Assembly: GCF_024502345.1 (NCBI RefSeq)
Contig: NZ_JALDNN010000001.1
Length of the DNA: 64,000 nt
Source: Escherichia coli
GTDB taxonomy: Bacteria; Pseudomonadota; Gammaproteobacteria; Enterobacterales; Enterobacteriaceae
Reading direction: 5' to 3' (one strand)
Part shown: positions 10,357-19,507 of the stretch, in pieces
Layout of the letters: every line of letters begins with the position of its first letter
Position numbering within the stretch: the stretch's first letter is position 1
The notes under the pieces: generated by a model
Databases searched by the model: none
What the model was told of the DNA's origin: nothing
Seen by the model: only the letters and a program-made list of their open reading frames with translations
Program-made: the position numbers and the translations under genes

Positions 10357-11195
10357 CCATGGTCAGCCGGACCATGGGCGTGTCGCGTGCGCAACTGTCA
10401 CTGCGGATTAACCGTTCTGCCGACTGGCAGGACAGGCGCTGTAACCGGCGTAATGAAGAAGCAGACGCAGAAATACTGTCGGCTATCCTCAACATTATCA
10501 GCGATATGCCGAGTTATGGTTATCGACGCGTGTGGGGCATCCTGCGCAAGCAACGTCGCACAGAGGGACAGCCACCTGTGAATGCCAAACGGCTTTACAG
10601 GATAATGAGCGAGCATAACCTGTTGTTGTTGCATCACAAACCAGAGCGACCGAAGCGTGAACATAAGGGCAAGATAGCGGTGGCAGAAAGCGATATGCGC
10701 TGGTGTTCAGATGGCTTCGAGTTCGGCTGCGACAACGGCGAAAAACTGCGGGTAACGTTCGCGCTGGACTGCTGCGACCGTGAGGCCATAGACTGGGCAG
10801 CAAGCACGGGAGGCTATGACAGTTCGACCGTGCAGGATGTGATGCTGAGGTCGGTGGAAAAGCGCTTCGGCGACAGGTTGCCCGACACAGCGGTGCAGTG
10901 GCTGACGGATAACGGTTCAGCGTATACCGCGTATGAAACGCGGAGGTTCGCGAGAGAGCTGAATCTGGAGCCCTGCACAACAGCGGTGAGCAGCCCGCAG
11001 AGTAATGGCATGGCCGAACGGTTCGTGAAAACGATGAAAGAAGACTATATCGCGTTCATGCCAAAACCGGATGTGAGAACAGCACTGCGAAACCTTGCAG
11101 TAGCGTTCACGCATTACAATGAAAACCACCCGCACAGCGCGCTGGGATATCACTCCCCGAGGGAATACCGGCGGCAGCGGACATCGTTAACTTAA
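10314..11195 (+). CDS. IS2-like orfB (InsD-like, integrase-core domain)
   Basis: MDSARAL...[26 protein letters not shown]...WLTDNGS...[13 protein letters not shown] parallels IS2 InsD. Confidence 0.88.
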   Translation: MDSARALVAKGRGIAMVSRTMGVSRAQLSLRINRSADWQDRRCNRRNEEADAEILSAILNIISDMPSYGYRRVWGILRKQRRTEGQPPVNAKRLYRIMSEHNLLLLHHKPERPKREHKGKIAVAESDMRWCSDGFEFGCDNGEKLRVTFALDCCDREAIDWAASTGGYDSSTVQDVMLRSVEKRFGDRLPDTAVQWLTDNGSAYTAYETRRFARELNLEPCTTAVSSPQSNGMAERFVKTMKEDYIAFMPKPDVRTALRNLAVAFTHYNENHPHSALGYHSPREYRRQRTSLT

Positions 11196-11232
11196 GATAC
11201 AAAAGCTGTTCGGAGATGGAGGGTCAAGATCA

Positions 11233-11419
11233 ACACCGATAAGTCATATTCCGGTGTAATATGCATACCATGTGAGGTTTTTATAGTCTTTCCCTGCACG
11301 GAGCATAAAACAACGTTAAATAATGAATGGTCCGGGATAATATCTGCAAAAATTGCCAGGGGTACGGAGAGATGAAATGCACTGATATCATCGGTTATCA
11401 AAATGGCTATCTTTTTCAT
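11233..11419 (-). pseudogene. GlxA-type regulator, N-terminal 61 codons (MKKIAILITDDISAFHLSVPLAIF)
   Basis: Start codon at 11417-11419 with a GGAGAG ribosome-binding site; the frame ends inside the IS2-like element; the sequence continues in 9115-9896 after a 15-16 bp direct repeat. Confidence 0.75.
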
Positions 11420-11438
11420 TTCATACTCTCCTGTAAGA

Positions 11439-11843
11439 TTAACTAATCTGACGTACGATATCGTTATAATCAAAGTGCGCACGTTTTTCCTTAATTTTAC
11501 CGCCTTCAATAGTCAGCAGCATCATCAGAGAAATACGTACTTTTTTCCCGGTTGGTTTATATCCGTGCATTTCATTATTGTGGATACCTTCAAAAACAAC
11601 ATAAGCTACGACTTTATCCGCTTCACTGATAAGAACTTCAGGCTTCATGCTGAAGCCCCGGAATCCATCAAGTGTGGCAGTTTCAGATGCGATAAAACCG
11701 TCAACTCCATGAATGGGGTTATCTATCTGTGAATAGAAAACAAAGTCACTGGAGCAAAGTGATTTAAGGGTTAAAAAATCATAACCTTCAAGAGCCTGAT
11801 AAAAATCATGTACAAGTTTTTCATTTGAGTTTTTCATGGTCAT
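11439..11843 (-). CDS. SnoaL-like / NTF2-fold protein (134 aa)
   Basis: Small ORF 19 bp upstream of the regulator gene on the same strand; sequence pattern resembles SnoaL/ketosteroid-isomerase-like proteins (family call is tentative). Confidence 0.6.
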   Translation of the reverse strand: MTMKNSNEKLVHDFYQALEGYDFLTLKSLCSSDFVFYSQIDNPIHGVDGFIASETATLDGFRGFSMKPEVLISEADKVVAYVVFEGIHNNEMHGYKPTGKKVRISLMMLLTIEGGKIKEKRAHFDYNDIVRQIS

Positions 11844-12035
11844 TCACCTTTTTGTCTGGAGTAAGGACATTCTACGTGGTGTACACAAGTGAGTGCGAGT
11901 GACCAAAAAGACATTAATCAACATGATTGGGCCATTGTTATGAGAAAAAGGCTCCCCCCGCTGGGTTTCAACATCTGCCTGTGTTAAGCCCGCTCATAGC
12001 ACATAGCATAACGTCCAGCTGAGAACTCACGGTCA

Positions 12036-12611
12036 TTACTGTCCTGCCTTTACCCTGAGTATGGTTTGCCGGGTTGTATTAAACTCCCGAGCAATGGCGC
12101 TGATACTGGCCCCGGCCTTAATACGTGCAATCACAGAAAGTTTCTGTTCTTCATTCAGTGTTGAAGGACGGCCAAACCGCTTTCCGGCAGCTTTCGCTCT
12201 CGCAATACCAGAGTGCGTACGCTCAAGAAGCAAATCCCTTTCAAATTCTGCCACAGCAGAGATGACCTGCATGGTCATTTTTCCTGCCGGGCTTGTCAAA
12301 TCAACTCCGCCCAGCGCGAGGCAGTGAACGCGAATATCTGAAGCAGCCAGTTGTTCAACCGTTTTTCTGATATCCATCGCATTGCGCCCCAGTCGGTCGA
12401 GTTTAGTAACAATCAGCACATCACCATTTTCCATGCGATCAAGCAGCCGGATAAATCCGGGGCGTTCGCTGGCAGCAACCGAACCACTGATATGCTCCTC
12501 AATCAGTCGCTGGGGTCTGATGGCAAAACCCGCCGTTTCAATTTCACGCCGCTGATTTTCTGTAGTCTGTTCCAGAGTGGAGACCCGGCAATAAGCAAAA
12601 ACTCGTGACAT
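12036..12611 (-). CDS. tnpR: serine recombinase / resolvase TnpR (191 aa from [15 protein letters not shown])
   Basis: N-terminal catalytic serine motif (YCRVST) and C-terminal HTH; divergent from tnpA; start taken at the internal ATG 12609-12611 rather than the ORF-track start. Confidence 0.88.
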   Translation of the reverse strand: MSRVFAYCRVSTLEQTTENQRREIETAGFAIRPQRLIEEHISGSVAASERPGFIRLLDRMENGDVLIVTKLDRLGRNAMDIRKTVEQLAASDIRVHCLALGGVDLTSPAGKMTMQVISAVAEFERDLLLERTHSGIARAKAAGKRFGRPSTLNEEQKLSVIARIKAGASISAIAREFNTTRQTILRVKAGQ

Positions 12612-12770
12612 AGGAAACTTTCCGTACGTAAAGGATGTCCGAATTATAGCGTGTGTACGAAATAAATTTCGCTTACTTTCGGACATACTGTCAGCTTAGT
12701 GTACGAAACCGACCGGTTTCGGTCACAGCGAACAAATAACAGATGAAAACTATACGCGAGGGAGGCATTT

Positions 12771-15755
12771 ATGCCACGGCGACAGATACTGAGCAGCGAA
12801 GAGCAGGAACGCTTACTGGTTATACCAGATGATGAAATTATTCTGACCCGAATGTGTTTTCTGAACGAACCGGATATTGCGCTCATTAATAAGCACCGAA
12901 GGCCAGCGAATCGCCTGGGCTTTGCTGTATTACTCTGTTATCTGCGTGGACCTGGATTTATTCCGGACAAAAGCAGTGCTCCTCACAATGGCGTTGTATC
13001 CAGGGTTGCTTCCCGACTGAAACTTCAGCCTGATTTATGGCCGGAATATGCATCCAGAGAGCAAACCCGCTGGGAACATCTGACCGAACTTTATCGCTAC
13101 CTGGAACTATCCCCGTTCAGCCGGTCAATGCAAAAAGACTGTATCCGTCATCTGCACCCCTATGCCATGCGAACTGACAAAGGATTTATGCTGGCGGAAG
13201 AAATGCTCAGCTGGCTACATAACAATAATGTTATTTTCCCTTCTGTTGAAGTGATCGAACGGACGCTTGCCGAAGTCGTCACGCTCGCTAACAGATCGGT
13301 ATTTTCGACACTTACCGCGCAACTGGAAAAGCAGCATAAATCAGCACTCGACAGCCTGCTCATATCAGAGGGTGAACAACCTTCCCGTCTGGCATGGCTG
13401 CTACAGCCTCCGGGTAAAATAAACGGTAAAAATGTGCTGCAACATATCGACCGGCTTAATTCCATCGCTGCGCTGGGGTTGCCTGATGGTATTGCACTTT
13501 CCGTTCACCAGAACAGGTTGCTTAAACTGGCGCGTGAGGGCCGGAAAATGAGCAGCAGGGACCTGGCAAAATTCACCGATGTCAGACGTTACGCTACGCT
13601 GGTTTGTATAATAACAGAGGCCAGGGCCACCCTGACTGACGAAGTGATTGATCTGCACGAGCGTATCCTGGGTAGTCTGTTCAGCAGGGCAAAACGCACG
13701 CAGGCCGAACGGCTCCAGCAAACGGGAAAGCTTATTCAGAGCAAGCTGAAGCAGTACGTTACCGTCGGGCAGGCGTTACTTAACGCCAGAGAATCCGGGG
13801 AAGATCCCTGGACTGCAATAGAAGATGTCCTTCCCTGGCAGGAATTCATCAACAGCGTGGAAGAAACGCGGTTTCTTTCCCGTAAGGGCAATTTCGACGC
13901 GCTTCATCTGATCACCGAAAAATACAGTACGTTGCGTAAATATGCCCCGCGTATGCTGTCAGCATTGCAGTTCATGGCGACACCTGCGGCGCAGGCGCTC
14001 AGCGATGCGCTGGACACCATAACGGAAATGTACCGTAAACAACTTCGTAAAGTGCCGCCATCAGCGCCAACAGGGTTTATCCCTGAAAGCTGGCGAAAAC
14101 TGGTGCTCACGCCTTCAGGCATCGACCGCAAGTACTACGAGTTTTGCGTACTGAATGAACTCAAGGGTGCATTACGTTCCGGTGATATCTGGGTAAAAGG
14201 ATCGCGCCGCTACAAAAATTTTGATGATTATCTCATCCCGACTGCTGAGTTTGAGAAATCCCGACATAATGACCAGTTACAGTTGGCCGTTCAGACCGAT
14301 AGCCAGGCATACCTTCAGGCCCGTATGACTCTTCTTGCATCTCGGCTGGAAGAAGTTAACGCGATGGCGCTTGCCGGTGATTTGCCCGATGTAGATATCT
14401 CAGATAAAGGCGTAAAAATCACTCCACTGGAGAACAGCGTTCCTTCAGGTGTTTCGCCCTTTGCAGATTTGGTCTATGGCATGCTTCCCCATCCGAAAAT
14501 TACGGAGATACTGGAAGAAGTTGATAGCTGGACGGGATTTACGCGTCACTTCGCGCACCTCAAAAATAATAACGTCAGACCAAAAGACGGAAGACTGTTG
14601 CTGACCACCATTCTGGCTGACGGCATCAACCTTGGGCTGACAAAAATGGCGGAATCCTGCCCTGGGGCCACAAGATCGTCACTCGAAGGTATTCAGACAT
14701 GGTACATCAGGGATGAAACTTATTCAGCGGCACTGGCCGAGCTGGTCAACGCACAGAAAGAGCGGCCTCTGGCCGCATTCTGGGGCGACGGGACAACATC
14801 GTCGTCAGACGGGCAGAACTTTCGGGTAGGCAGTCACGGACGTTATGCCGGTCAGGTCAATCTTAAATATGGTCAGGAGCCGGGCGTGCAGATTTATACG
14901 CATATCTCAGACCAATACAGCCCGTTCTACGCCAAAGTGATCAGCCGGGTGCGCGACTCAACCCACGTGCTTGATGGCCTGCTGTACCATGAAAGCGATC
15001 TGGAAATTACCGAGCATTACACCGATACCGCAGGCTTCACTGAACATGTTTTCGCCCTGATGCACCTGCTGGGATTCGCTTTTGCGCCAAGGATCCGTGA
15101 TCTTCATGACAAGCGGCTGTTTATTCATGGAAAGGCCGAGCGCTATCCGGGGCTTCAGTCTGTCATATCAACAACCTGCCTGAATATCAAAGACATTGAG
15201 TCGCACTGGGATGAGGTATTGCGCCTGGCAACCTCGATTAAGCAGGGGACAGTCACCGCATCACTGATGATGAAAAAGTTAGCCAGTTACCCAAAACAGA
15301 ATGGACTTGCCAAAGCGCTGAGAGAGATTGGCCGCATCGAACGGACACTATTTATGCTGGACTGGTTCCGTGATCCCGGTCTGCGCCGACGCGTGCAGGC
15401 GGGGCTGAATAAGGGTGAGGCCCGTAATGCCCTTGCGCGAGCGGTCTTTTTGCACCGTCTGGGTGAAATAAGGGATCGTGGGCTGGAGAATCAGAGTTAT
15501 CGCGCCAGCGGGCTGACATTACTGACAGCAGCGATCACGTTGTGGAACACGGTATATATAGAAAGAGCTATTGAGTCACTAAAACGAAAGGGTATCCCGA
15601 TAAATGAGCAACTGGTCTCTCATCTTTCTCCCCTGGGCTGGGAACATATCAATCTGAGTGGAGATTACGTCTGGCGTAATAATCTTAAGCTGGGATCCGG
15701 AAAATACCGCTCATTACGTACAGTCGATACCGCTTTGTACAAAAAACAGTCTTAG
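12771..15755 (+). CDS. tnpA: Tn3-family transposase TnpA (994 aa)
   Basis: Size and sequence pattern typical of Tn3-family TnpA (about 1000 aa); the stop codon lies inside the terminal IR. Confidence 0.93.
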   Translation: MPRRQILSSEEQERLLVIPDDEIILTRMCFLNEPDIALINKHRRPANRLGFAVLLCYLRGPGFIPDKSSAPHNGVVSRVASRLKLQPDLWPEYASREQTRWEHLTELYRYLELSPFSRSMQKDCIRHLHPYAMRTDKGFMLAEEMLSWLHNNNVIFPSVEVIERTLAEVVTLANRSVFSTLTAQLEKQHKSALDSLLISEGEQPSRLAWLLQPPGKINGKNVLQHIDRLNSIAALGLPDGIALSVHQNRLLKLAREGRKMSSRDLAKFTDVRRYATLVCIITEARATLTDEVIDLHERILGSLFSRAKRTQAERLQQTGKLIQSKLKQYVTVGQALLNARESGEDPWTAIEDVLPWQEFINSVEETRFLSRKGNFDALHLITEKYSTLRKYAPRMLSALQFMATPAAQALSDALDTITEMYRKQLRKVPPSAPTGFIPESWRKLVLTPSGIDRKYYEFCVLNELKGALRSGDIWVKGSRRYKNFDDYLIPTAEFEKSRHNDQLQLAVQTDSQAYLQARMTLLASRLEEVNAMALAGDLPDVDISDKGVKITPLENSVPSGVSPFADLVYGMLPHPKITEILEEVDSWTGFTRHFAHLKNNNVRPKDGRLLLTTILADGINLGLTKMAESCPGATRSSLEGIQTWYIRDETYSAALAELVNAQKERPLAAFWGDGTTSSSDGQNFRVGSHGRYAGQVNLKYGQEPGVQIYTHISDQYSPFYAKVISRVRDSTHVLDGLLYHESDLEITEHYTDTAGFTEHVFALMHLLGFAFAPRIRDLHDKRLFIHGKAERYPGLQSVISTTCLNIKDIESHWDEVLRLATSIKQGTVTASLMMKKLASYPKQNGLAKALREIGRIERTLFMLDWFRDPGLRRRVQAGLNKGEARNALARAVFLHRLGEIRDRGLENQSYRASGLTLLTAAITLWNTVYIERAIESLKRKGIPINEQLVSHLSPLGWEHINLSGDYVWRNNLKLGSGKYRSLRTVDTALYKKQS

Positions 15756-15788
15756 CGTGGGATAATTTCCGTTTTCCAAGCGGACCCC
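15751..15788. repeat. Tn3-family 38-bp terminal inverted repeat (tnpA-proximal end)
   Basis: Reverse complement reads GGGGTCCGCTTGGAAAACGGAAATTATCCCACGCTAAG; starts with GGGG and ends TAAG, as in Tn3-family IRs. Confidence 0.85.
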
Positions 15789-15858
15789 AGGGAGAGCTGA
15801 GAACATTAAATTTTAATATAAACAAAGAATTACCTTCTTAGCGTACGTTACCGTCCCA

Positions 15859-16092
15859 TTGGCCCTCAAACCCCTCAACACCCTGATGGAACGTTTTTTT
15901 AGAAGTCTGAAAACAGAATGGGTGCCGGATAATGGATACGCTAATTTTAGCGAAGCCAGCACAGCGATAACGAATTACATAACGGGATATTACAGCCAGC
16001 TCAGACCTCATCAATATAACGGTAGTTTGACGCGGAATGAATCAGAACGATTGCTCTGGAAAAACTCTAAAGCCGTGGCCAACTATTGTTGA
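15859..16092 (+). pseudogene. IS3-family orfB C-terminal fragment
   Basis: MERFFRSLKTEWVP...YYSQLRPHQYNGSLTRNESERLLW is the typical C-terminus of an IS3-family OrfB; only about 75-90 codons remain (frame open from about 15817), directly to the right of the Tn3-family IR. Confidence 0.7.
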
Positions 16093-16103
16093 CCACTACA
16101 CAT

Positions 16104-16571
16104 CTATTTTATAGGTAACCCCTTAAAAGATTTAATCTCCTTGATACTGAAACTGGTATTCATCTCCTTTATATTCCCAATTTTTCGTATCCTTATCATT
16201 GATACGTTGTGAAAATCATCCATATCTTTTACTACAAGATGCAGAAGATAGTCGTATCTTCCGGAGATATTATGACAGGCAATTACATTATCAATCTTCA
16301 TTATTTCTGCCTCAAAATATTGCATGCACTCCTCGGAATGAAGATCTAATGTAATATTCATGAATGCATAAAAATTGTATCCAAGGCTTTTCGGTTCGAT
16401 AAAAGCCCGATAGTTTTTTATCACTTCCTGCTCTAAAAACTTTAGCCGTTTCCAGCAGGCTGGAGGGGAAAGAAAAACACGCTTGGCAATCTCAGCGTTG
16501 TTCAGCCTGCCATCTTCCTGCAAGAAATTTAAAATCTGCATATCAACTTTGTCAAGCTTTACCATGTTCAA
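16104..16571 (-). CDS. Lrp/AsnC-family transcriptional regulator (155 aa)
   Basis: N-terminal HTH (DKVDMQILNFLQEDGRLNNAEIAKRV) and C-terminal RAM-like region; divergently arranged to the transporter gene across an AT-rich 200-bp spacer. Confidence 0.85.
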   Translation of the reverse strand: MNMVKLDKVDMQILNFLQEDGRLNNAEIAKRVFLSPPACWKRLKFLEQEVIKNYRAFIEPKSLGYNFYAFMNITLDLHSEECMQYFEAEIMKIDNVIACHNISGRYDYLLHLVVKDMDDFHNVSMIRIRKIGNIKEMNTSFSIKEIKSFKGLPIK

Positions 16572-16773
16572 CCTCCTGTGATAGCAATCATATTCGTAAT
16601 TTTATGAAATAAAATTAACCAAATCAATAAAAACAAGAAATAAGATAAGCCATAAATTGTAAAAATAGTTAATTTTAAAAAGATAATTAATATACTTACC
16701 GGGTAGAATCATTTATGAAGTGCAAACCTCTGTAAATAATTACCATAAAATATCCTCACACAGGAATATACCT

Positions 16774-18081
16774 ATGACCATATTGGAACAGAACATCGAC
16801 AGGGCCTCATTATCGCCAGAAGAGTGGAAAAAACTAACCCGATTTGACAGTACAGATGTAGGATGGATTATCATAAGCATAGGTATGGCTATCGGCGCCG
16901 GGATTGTGTTTTTACCGGTCCAGGTGGGGCTTATTGGATTGTGGGTATTCCTGCTTTCTTCCATCATTGGTTATCCGGCCATGTACCTGTTTCAAAGATT
17001 GTTTATCAATACGCTGGCAGATTCACGAGAGTGTAAAGACTATCCCGGTGTCATCGAGGGCTATCTGGGAAAAAACTGGGGAATGCTCCTCGGTCTGCTC
17101 TACTTTCTCATGCTGGTCATCTGGATATTCGCCTACCCTACGGCGTTGACTAACGATACAGCGTCGTATTTACACACGTTTGGCTTAACTGAGGGTCTTT
17201 TATCAGAGAACCCTTTCTATGGCCTAATTCTTATTACATTTCTTGTGCTTATTGCTTCACGTAGTGAAGAGCTCTTGTTCAGGATTTCCTCTTTCATGGT
17301 GTTATCAAAACTGGTGGTAGTGCTTATCCTGGGGTTGATGATGGTCAGCATGTGGGACCTCTCCAAAAACATCGGTTCATTCCCTTCTTTTAGTATTTTA
17401 ATCAAAAACGCCATTATCACCTTGCCATTTACGTTGACATCAATCCTGTTTATTCAGTCTTTGAGTCCGATGGTAATTTCATATCGTGCAAAAAACAAAT
17501 CTATAGAAGTGGCAAGATATAAAGCGCTAAGAGCAATGAATATCGCTTTTGGTACACTATTCATCGTTGTTTTCTTTTATGCATTATCATTCACTTTCGC
17601 CCTCGGTCACGATGAAGCTGTCAAAGCCTACGAGCAAAATATTTCAGCACTGGCTATTGCCGCACAGTTTATTGAAGGAGATGCAGCAAAGTATGTGACG
17701 CCAGTTGGTGTTGCATTGAATATCTTTGCCCTGATGACTGCCTTCTTCGGCGTTTACCTCGGGTTCAAAGAGGCTGTACAGGGACTGGCGATGAACGCAT
17801 TGACCCGTTTTATACCTTCAGAGAAAATCAATAAAAAAACGCTTAATGTTGGTATTGTCATTTTCACTATTGCCATCGCCTGGGGGGCAATCGTTCTGAA
17901 CCTGCCGGTTCTGCTATTCACCTCAATCTGCAGCCCCATTTTCGGCATTGTTGGTTGCTTAATCCCTGCTTATCTGGTTTACAAGGTACCCTCCCTTCAC
18001 CGATATAAAGGGTTTTCTCTGTATCTGATCATCTTTACTGGCATCCTGCTCTGTATTTCTCCGTTCCTGAAATTCATTTAA
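16774..18081 (+). CDS. HAAAP-family amino acid transporter (TdcC/SdaC/TyrP-like), about 435 aa
   Basis: Multi-span membrane protein with N-terminal W...IGAG..FLP motif; start taken at ATG 16774 (AGGA ribosome-binding site upstream) rather than the GTG at 16720. Confidence 0.82.
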   Translation: MTILEQNIDRASLSPEEWKKLTRFDSTDVGWIIISIGMAIGAGIVFLPVQVGLIGLWVFLLSSIIGYPAMYLFQRLFINTLADSRECKDYPGVIEGYLGKNWGMLLGLLYFLMLVIWIFAYPTALTNDTASYLHTFGLTEGLLSENPFYGLILITFLVLIASRSEELLFRISSFMVLSKLVVVLILGLMMVSMWDLSKNIGSFPSFSILIKNAIITLPFTLTSILFIQSLSPMVISYRAKNKSIEVARYKALRAMNIAFGTLFIVVFFYALSFTFALGHDEAVKAYEQNISALAIAAQFIEGDAAKYVTPVGVALNIFALMTAFFGVYLGFKEAVQGLAMNALTRFIPSEKINKKTLNVGIVIFTIAIAWGAIVLNLPVLLFTSICSPIFGIVGCLIPAYLVYKVPSLHRYKGFSLYLIIFTGILLCISPFLKFI

Positions 18082-18112
18082 ACAAACATATATGTCCAAA
18101 GAAGGTTAAATT

Positions 18113-19318
18113 ATGAAGTACAATTTTGATGAAATTATCAACAGAAAAAATACTGATGCCCTGAACTACGATGGGTGGAGACAATATATATTCAAGGCCG
18201 ACAAGAGTGCCCGCTTTGACTTTAAGGACGATGAATTTGTCAGAATGTGGGTCGCTGATATGGATTTTGCGACACCTCCGGAAATCCTTGCAGCGATTCA
18301 GGAGAGGCTTGATAAAAAAATACTCGGTTACACAAAAGTTTACGATGATGAGTACTATCATATTTTCCACAACTGGTGCCAGAGACGCTATGACTGGAAT
18401 ATAGATACCACAGAGATCGTGCTTTCACCGGGCATTATTCCTGCACTTAACCGTCTGGTACCGTTACTGACACAACAGGATGAAAGTGTGTTGATCAATA
18501 CACCATCCTATACGCCGTTTAAGCAGGCTGGAGACTATAGCTATCGTCGAGTGATCTGTTCTGATTTGCTGAAACAGGACAATGAATACATTATTGACTT
18601 CAACGATATGGAGAAAAAACTAACCGATCCTTCTCTAAATATTAAGCTGTTCATTTTATCCAATCCGCAAAATCCAACCGGGATGGTCTGGTCAGAACAA
18701 GAATTAATGAGAATGGGGCAGTTGTGCCTTAAAAACAATGTCTGGATCATTTCAGACGAAATACATTGTGATTTACTGAGAAATGGGATCAATCATATCC
18801 CGATGGCAAAACTGTTCCCAGACACTGATAAGATCATCACCTGTATGGCACCAAGCAAAACCTTTAATCTTGCCGGAAATCTGATGTCCCATATTTTTAT
18901 TAAAAATGAAAAGGTCAGAAAAGAATGGTTACGTCTTTATGATGAGTTTCTTTCACCACTGAGTCTGGCTGCGACCAAAGCGGCCTGGTCCCGGTGCGAC
19001 GAGTGGCTGGAACAATTAAAACACTATCTTGATGATAACTTCAGACTGGTAGAAAAATTTACCCAGGAACACTTTCCTGACGCAAACTTTAAAATTCCCG
19101 ATGCAACTTATCTGGCATGGATAAATATTGAGAAATACCTGCCACCGCAGGTAGACAGACAACAGCTTTCTCTCTATTTCGCCAACCAGACGGGAATACT
19201 GCTTGAAGGCGGGAACATGTTTGTAAGCAATGGAGAGGGTTACATACGGATTAATCTTGCCTGTCCACGCGCCGTGATACAAGAAGGATTAGAGAGAATA
19301 AGAAAAGCACTGAAATAG
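18113..19318 (+). CDS. PLP-dependent C-S lyase, MalY/PatB family (401 aa)
   Basis: Shares motif pattern with MalY as recalled (DMDFATPP, SNPQNPTG, ISDEIH, SKTFNLAG with the putative PLP lysine); a GAAGG ribosome-binding site precedes the ATG. Confidence 0.82.
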   Translation: MKYNFDEIINRKNTDALNYDGWRQYIFKADKSARFDFKDDEFVRMWVADMDFATPPEILAAIQERLDKKILGYTKVYDDEYYHIFHNWCQRRYDWNIDTTEIVLSPGIIPALNRLVPLLTQQDESVLINTPSYTPFKQAGDYSYRRVICSDLLKQDNEYIIDFNDMEKKLTDPSLNIKLFILSNPQNPTGMVWSEQELMRMGQLCLKNNVWIISDEIHCDLLRNGINHIPMAKLFPDTDKIITCMAPSKTFNLAGNLMSHIFIKNEKVRKEWLRLYDEFLSPLSLAATKAAWSRCDEWLEQLKHYLDDNFRLVEKFTQEHFPDANFKIPDATYLAWINIEKYLPPQVDRQQLSLYFANQTGILLEGGNMFVSNGEGYIRINLACPRAVIQEGLERIRKALK

Positions 19319-19352
19319 TAAATCCCTGAAAATTTCAGCCTGATCGTCCAAA

Positions 19353-19380
19353 AGGTCGCAGTTTAAACAATGCGACCTTT
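19353..19380 (+). terminator. putative intrinsic terminator after the C-S lyase gene
   Basis: Perfect 8-bp stem AGGTCGCA / TGCGACCT with a 10-nt loop, followed by TT and an A/T-rich tail. Confidence 0.45.
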
Positions 19381-19507
19381 ATACCGGATAATTTAGCATG
19401 TTGAACCGATTTTCGGAGACTCTCTATCGCGCTGGACGGCTCTGCATGTACATTGTCGCCTGAAAAATAATATCAGGGATATAAATAGCCTGTTAATACC
19501 TCGTTTC

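Larger units (their letters stand above)
9897..11232 (+). mobile_element. IS3-family element, IS2-like (about 1336 bp)
   Basis: Left end TGATGTAGCCCCCTGAAACACCGGACAG and right end CTGTTCGGAGATGGAGGGTCAAGATCA resemble the IS2 termini as I recall them; orfA and orfB homologous to IS2 InsC and InsD. Confidence 0.85.
12036..15788 (+). mobile_element. Tn3-family transposition module (tnpR - res region - tnpA - 38-bp IR); left end unresolved
   Basis: Divergent resolvase and 994-aa TnpA with a roughly 160-bp intergenic region (presumed res), and a 38-bp IR overlapping the tnpA stop. A possible degenerate left IR lies at 11950-11988. Confidence 0.8.

Noticed and set aside
12612-12886. 80-aa ORF (12644-12886) in the tnpR-tnpA intergenic region
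   Set aside because: It overlaps the presumed res site and the tnpA 5' end on the opposite strand; no support for a coding function.
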